NCBI GenBank assembly: GCA_934177725.1
Contig: CAKPPO010000008.1
Span: 1,189-65,188, forward strand
Origin: an uncultured Clostridia bacterium
Lineage (GTDB): Bacteria > Bacillota > Clostridia > TANB77 > CAG-508
DNA length: 64,000 nt
Direction: 5' to 3'
The first letter of the stretch is position 1. Each line of letters begins with the position of its first letter. Below, piece by piece: positions 59,808 through 64,000 of the stretch. The translations under genes and the position numbers were made by a program. The notes under the pieces were generated by a model. The model did no database searches. It saw nothing but the letters and a program-made list of their open reading frames with translations, and was not told the DNA's origin.

Positions 59808-59916
59808 TTCCTTTTTGGACATTTTCTTAATTATAGTTTTTCCATTTGGACGTTTTATTTTAGGCAGTACCCAAAAGGAAACGTCCCCAAAGGTTAATCT
59901 GTCCCTTTTGGTAATT
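59808..59916. repeat. cluster of REP-like modules in the ABC-F upstream region
   Basis: The reverse complement reads CCAAAAGGGACAGATTAACCTTTGGGGACGTTTCCTTTTGG..AAACGTCCAAATGG..ATGTCCAAAAAGG. The modules are shared with 16040.. and 37631... Confidence 0.65.
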
Positions 59917-60023
59917 TATTCTTTGGTATTATATACAATTTTTTGACTTTTGTAAAGGAATATTACGGACAAAAGGATTTTCAATGCTTTACCAAAAAAT
60001 GAAAGTCATTTCGACTTTCATTT

Positions 60024-60215
60024 CTAATCTTTATTAAATATTAACTTAATTCCCCATAAACCTGAGATTCCAACTAAAATATAAATTATTCTAGTTATAA
60101 CAGATAATCCACCAAATATTGCTTCTACTAAATTGAAGTTAAATATTCCTACTAATCCCCAGTTTATAGCACCAATAATGATTAAAACAAGTGCAATTGT
60201 ATCTATTACCTTCAT
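60024..60215 (-). CDS. DUF378 small membrane protein
   Basis: IGAINWGLVGIFNFNLV signature. 63 aa. Confidence 0.7.
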   Translation of the reverse strand: MKVIDTIALVLIIIGAINWGLVGIFNFNLVEAIFGGLSVITRIIYILVGISGLWGIKLIFNKD

Positions 60216-60373
60216 AGCTTTTTCCTTCCTTTTCTATAATTTTAATCATATTATATGCATTTTTTACCTTTTTATACAAAAATGCAAATTATATAAAGTT
60301 TTTATATAATTTGCATTTTACTTTTTGTTTTAAAAATTACTTAAAAAATATCTGGACCTTATGGGTAATTTAA

Positions 60374-61333
60374 TTAGTCTAACATATCTTTCTTTTTTAG
60401 CCAAATCATAGCTATAACTCCTAATATTATTGAAAATAATACTACTCCGTAAAATGCCCAAGGCGAATGGCTAAATTCCATAGGAACCTCAACATTCATT
60501 CCCCAATAACTTGCAATCATTGTTGGTATTGCTAAAATTATTGTTATTGATGTTAAAAATTTCATAACTCCATTTAAGTTATTTGAAATTATAGACGCAT
60601 ATGCATCCATTGTTCCATTTAAAATATCGCTATATATTTTTGACATTTCCATAGCTTGTTTATTCTCTATAATTGCATCTTCTAGTATATCTTCATCTTC
60701 CTCATATAATTTTATTATTTTTCCTCTTAAAGTTTTCTCCATGACTACTTCGTTTGATTTTAATGATGTTGTAAAATATACCAAACTTTTTTCTAAAGCA
60801 AGCATTTTTAATAATTCCTTATTTTTTAAAGATGTTTTTAGTACACTTTCTGCTATTTCTGTTTCTTTGTTTATTCTTTTTAGATTTTTTAAGTATAATT
60901 CTGCGTTTTTGTAGAATATTTGTAAAATCATTCTACTTTTTTTATAAGTAATTATATTATTTTTTGTTTTATTTTTTTCTAATTCTGAAATTACTTTATT
61001 TTGTTTCAAAGATACCGTAATAAAATAGTCATCTCTTACTATTATCATTCCAAGAGGCATTGTAGAATATACTTGTTCGTTACTTTCTTTTTCCATTATA
61101 GGTACATCTATAATAAATAATGTTGTATTGTCATCGTCCTCTACGTCAATTCTGGCTTTTTCTTCATAGTCTAGTGAATAGCGTATGAAATCTTCTTTTA
61201 TTTTTATTTTTTTACATACTTTTTCAATTTCTTCTTCTGTCGGGGCAATCATATTTATCCAATTTCCTTTTTTAAATTCATTTACTTCTTCTGTTATATT
61301 TGTCTCCATATCTGTGTTATACATTTTTATCAT
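60374..61333 (-). CDS. corA: CorA-family magnesium/cobalt transporter
   Basis: YWGMNV (GMN) motif before two C-terminal TM helices. Confidence 0.8.
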   Translation of the reverse strand: MIKMYNTDMETNITEEVNEFKKGNWINMIAPTEEEIEKVCKKIKIKEDFIRYSLDYEEKARIDVEDDDNTTLFIIDVPIMEKESNEQVYSTMPLGMIIVRDDYFITVSLKQNKVISELEKNKTKNNIITYKKSRMILQIFYKNAELYLKNLKRINKETEIAESVLKTSLKNKELLKMLALEKSLVYFTTSLKSNEVVMEKTLRGKIIKLYEEDEDILEDAIIENKQAMEMSKIYSDILNGTMDAYASIISNNLNGVMKFLTSITIILAIPTMIASYWGMNVEVPMEFSHSPWAFYGVVLFSIILGVIAMIWLKKKDMLD

Positions 61334-61434
61334 ATAATATTCACCCCTTTTTACTCTTTTACTATTATAGCCTTTTTTTTATATTTATGCAACAAAAAAC
61401 AGCTACAGCTGCTTTTTGTTTATACTTTATCTTT

Positions 61435-62088
61435 CTATTTATTTTTTAATGTATATTGACTTATATCTGGTTCAACAAATATTGTATCTTCTACATTATT
61501 AAATTCATATTCTCTATCTGAAACAGTTTCATCTTCGATTACTTTAACTAAAAGACCTGTATCTTTGTCAATATATATTTTAGTTCCTTTAGAGGTTAAT
61601 GATGTTGTAGAAGTAAATCCTTTTATAACATAACATTCTTTGTCGTTGCATTTTTCAGATTTTATATTAGAAATTATACTTCCTATAAATGTTTGCCATT
61701 TATTATCTGTTTCTAATTGATTATAAATATTTACTGACATTAGTGTTGAAGTATCTAATTGAGCTATTTTTGAGTCTTTTGTTTCTGTAAAAATATCTAC
61801 TCTTTCTCCATTATTATACATAGATATTTTTATTTCATTTTCGTTTGAAGTTTTTTCTAGAAAAACTGCTTGTTTATTATCTTTTTGATAATATTTCATT
61901 ATTATTTTTGTTCCATCTTCTTTTGTTGATTCTGATTTTACAAAATAATTTGTACTATTTGAATATTTAGATATTTTATTTTGTAAATTTCTAATTATTA
62001 TATAATTTCTTATTGTATGAATTAAAGTAAGAACTAGTAAAATTATTAATATGATTCCTATTACTTTTAATATTTTTTTAGTCCTCAT
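61435..62088 (-). CDS. hypothetical membrane-anchored extracytoplasmic protein
   Basis: AAAGGAGTG RBS and N-terminal anchor MRTKKILKVIGIILIILLVLTLI. Preceded by a c-di-GMP-I riboswitch. No family recognised. Confidence 0.55.
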   Translation of the reverse strand: MRTKKILKVIGIILIILLVLTLIHTIRNYIIIRNLQNKISKYSNSTNYFVKSESTKEDGTKIIMKYYQKDNKQAVFLEKTSNENEIKISMYNNGERVDIFTETKDSKIAQLDTSTLMSVNIYNQLETDNKWQTFIGSIISNIKSEKCNDKECYVIKGFTSTTSLTSKGTKIYIDKDTGLLVKVIEDETVSDREYEFNNVEDTIFVEPDISQYTLKNK

Positions 62089-62104
62089 AAAAATCACTCC
62101 TTTT

Positions 62105-62187
62105 CTTTCGTGCAACCTAGCTATCATGAGCACTCAGCTTTTAGACCTATGGCTTTGCGTCATAAACTTTCGTTTATTTTGCCTTTA
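62105..62187 (-). promoter_or_regulatory. c-di-GMP-I (GEMM-I) riboswitch
   Basis: The minus strand reads AAAGGCAAA-AUAAAC-GAAA-GUUUAU-GACGCAAAGCCAUAGGUCUAAAAGC..GAUAGCUAGGUUGCACG. The GGCAAA, GNRA hairpin, GACGCAAAGC.AU.GGUCUAA and GGUUGC blocks match the class consensus. It ends about 15 nt before the RBS. Confidence 0.7.
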
Positions 62188-62371
62188 TACAAATTCTATG
62201 TCTATTATAACATAATTTTACATAATTTACAATATTTAACTAACTTTACCTTTGCACATAAAAAAGCGAGCCTAAAATTTTCTATCAAATGTAAATTTTA
62301 AGAAAATTTAAGGCTCGCCATATTTATCTAGTACAGAAATTCCTCCTACAAGGAGAACTTTCTTACTATAT

Positions 62372-62406
62372 AAAAAAAATCAGCTACAAAAATAGCTGAT
62401 TTTTTA
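62372..62406 (-). terminator. intrinsic terminator AAAAAAATCAGCTA..TAGCTGATTTTTT
   Basis: Hairpin immediately after the stop of the DUF308 gene. Confidence 0.75.
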
Positions 62407-62949
62407 TTATAATTGTTTTATATTGCGTAAAAATATTACATTTTCTATAATATCCATTACTGCATAAACTAGCATTAAAATTCCTACTGTTACAACAATT
62501 GTACCTTGATTTAGCACAATATATAATCCACAACAGAACATTATAATAGAAATTATTAATGTATATATCCATATATTTGATTTTATTGCTCTTAATTTTA
62601 AAGAAGAACTAGCTCTGACTACACTGCTATAAATTATCCATATTCCTATTATAATACGGAATATACTTCCTATAGTTGCACTATAAATGATAGTAATTAT
62701 TCCTATTACAATTGTCATTACTCCATAAATTAAATGATAATTATATAAGTCATTTTGACCATTTATTTTAATGTAATTTACAATTTGATAAATTCCAACA
62801 ATAATAAGGCCTGCACCTAATATATAAGATATGACTTTTACCGTTTCTTCTGGTTTTGCTATTAAAACCGCTCCTAATATAGCAAATATAATAGATTCAA
62901 CAATTGATGCTTGTCCTGATTTTTTTAATATTTTTTGTAAATATTCCAT
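62407..62949 (-). CDS. HdeD/DUF308 family membrane protein
   Basis: 180 aa with six TM helices in the repeated DUF308 pattern. Confidence 0.6.
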   Translation of the reverse strand: MEYLQKILKKSGQASIVESIIFAILGAVLIAKPEETVKVISYILGAGLIIVGIYQIVNYIKINGQNDLYNYHLIYGVMTIVIGIITIIYSATIGSIFRIIIGIWIIYSSVVRASSSLKLRAIKSNIWIYTLIISIIMFCCGLYIVLNQGTIVVTVGILMLVYAVMDIIENVIFLRNIKQL

Positions 62950-63149
62950 TTTACCACTCCTTCCTTCAATGATAGTGTAAATTTTTTATCAATTATTGTC
63001 AATATTTTTCACTAAAATTACAAAAAATATTATTTTTACGTAAATTTGCGCAAGATAAAAAGAAACCCAAAATTAGTTGGGAGACTTTTTAAAATAAAAA
63101 TTATATGTTATAATTACTCTAACAAATAATATTAGTCGAGGAGATAGTT

Positions 63150-63935
63150 ATGAATAAAAAAAGAAATATTATAGTAGCAACTATTGTTATTTTATTAATC
63201 GTTTTAATTTTATGGATTAGTGGTATAATCCCAAAACAAATTGCAAGAATTTCTGCTACATATTATCTTAAGAAGAATCTTCCAAAAAAACAATTTGAAT
63301 TTGTGGATATAGTGTGGTTTTCTAGTTTTGATGGATATTCAATAAAATTTAAAGATGAAAATGGAAAAGAATTTAGTTTTATAATGAATAATAAGTATTT
63401 TCCAATTAATCCAGGACAAGGAACATTTGCATTAGAAGAAAGCTATAGAATAGAATATGAAGGTATATCAGATATAAATGATTTTTACAATCATAGTATT
63501 ACAAGTAATTATAAAGATATCAGAAATTTACCTAAAAACTATTCTAAGGAACAAGCACAAAATGATAATTGTTTTATAATAGGTGCAATGGTTCATAATG
63601 ATAACTTGTATACTGAGTTTATGAATAAATACAATAAAAAAGAGAATGCATTTATTAGAGTAGTTCAATCAACTATTGAAGGAGATACCATTGTAATTGA
63701 TGTATTATATGAAGCAAGAAATAATAAAATTCATTTAGTTAGAGATTATACAAGAGATAAATTTTCATCACTAGAAGATAGAACTATAAAATATAATACT
63801 TATGAAAAAACTGGTGTATGGAAATATCAGAAGTCTAAATATTGGGTTGTATATAATGGGGAATTACCTGATGGTAATGCTACAGAATATTCTATCAATT
63901 CTAATGAATTATTTATAATTGCAACTATTAACTAA
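63150..63935 (+). CDS. hypothetical membrane-anchored protein (C-terminal part possibly DUF4362-like)
   Basis: N-terminal TM anchor and GAGGAG RBS. The C-terminal ..IRVVQSTIEGDTIVIDVLYEARNNKIHLVRDYTRDKF.. resembles DUF4362. Confidence 0.45.
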   Translation: MNKKRNIIVATIVILLIVLILWISGIIPKQIARISATYYLKKNLPKKQFEFVDIVWFSSFDGYSIKFKDENGKEFSFIMNNKYFPINPGQGTFALEESYRIEYEGISDINDFYNHSITSNYKDIRNLPKNYSKEQAQNDNCFIIGAMVHNDNLYTEFMNKYNKKENAFIRVVQSTIEGDTIVIDVLYEARNNKIHLVRDYTRDKFSSLEDRTIKYNTYEKTGVWKYQKSKYWVVYNGELPDGNATEYSINSNELFIIATIN

Positions 63936-64000
63936 TTTATATAAATTTTAATAAAAGCATTTACCTTAAATGGTAAGTGTTTTTTTATTGGAGGTGAAAA

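Noticed and set aside
62110-62301. 63-aa ORF on the plus strand.
   Set aside because: It overlaps the antisense of the c-di-GMP-I riboswitch and an upstream hairpin. The region is better explained as a minus-strand leader.

Overview
Very AT-rich chromosome segment of an endospore-forming, Clostridia-type bacterium. The spore evidence is sleB-ypeB, an alpha/beta SASP and CotF-like coat genes. There are about 60 genes, mostly on the minus strand. They include the cell-shape cluster radC-mreB-mreC-mreD-mrdA-minC, then mecA, pcrA, prfA, a yhaO/yhaN-like nuclease/ATPase pair, murF-ddl, yraN-dprA-comM, csoR-copZ-copA, htrA, tex, an ABC-F ATPase and corA. RNA features are three tRNAs (Arg-UCU, Arg-ACG, Pro-UGG) and one c-di-GMP-I riboswitch. 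I found no rRNA and no CRISPR array. Main observations: (1) Five conserved genes (mreC, mreB, a VirD4/TraG coupling protein, vanW, comM) are each interrupted at an in-frame CGG codon and resume in the +1 frame at a GGN glycine codon. This restores P-loops and conserved motifs. CGG is otherwise almost unused in frame here, and neither tRNA-Arg in the window reads it. This is either +1 recoding at a hungry or unassigned CGG codon, or a strongly context-specific sequencing artefact. (2) A RayT-type (REP-associated, IS200-like Y1) transposase is flanked by 48-nt inverted repeats. A related family of GGGAC/GTCCC hairpin repeats sits in at least nine other intergenic sites. (3) The palindromic terminator AAAAATCCGCTATAGCGGATTTTT recurs six times. 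(4) There is a candidate type I toxin-antitoxin-like locus: a 39-aa hydrophobic ORF with a sequestered SD, and a convergent small RNA with a perfect TTGACA-N17-TATAAT promoter. (5) A radical-SAM-like protein carries its CX3CX2C motif near the C-terminus, next to an NrtR-like regulator. All calls are from reading the sequence and ORF translations; no searches were run.
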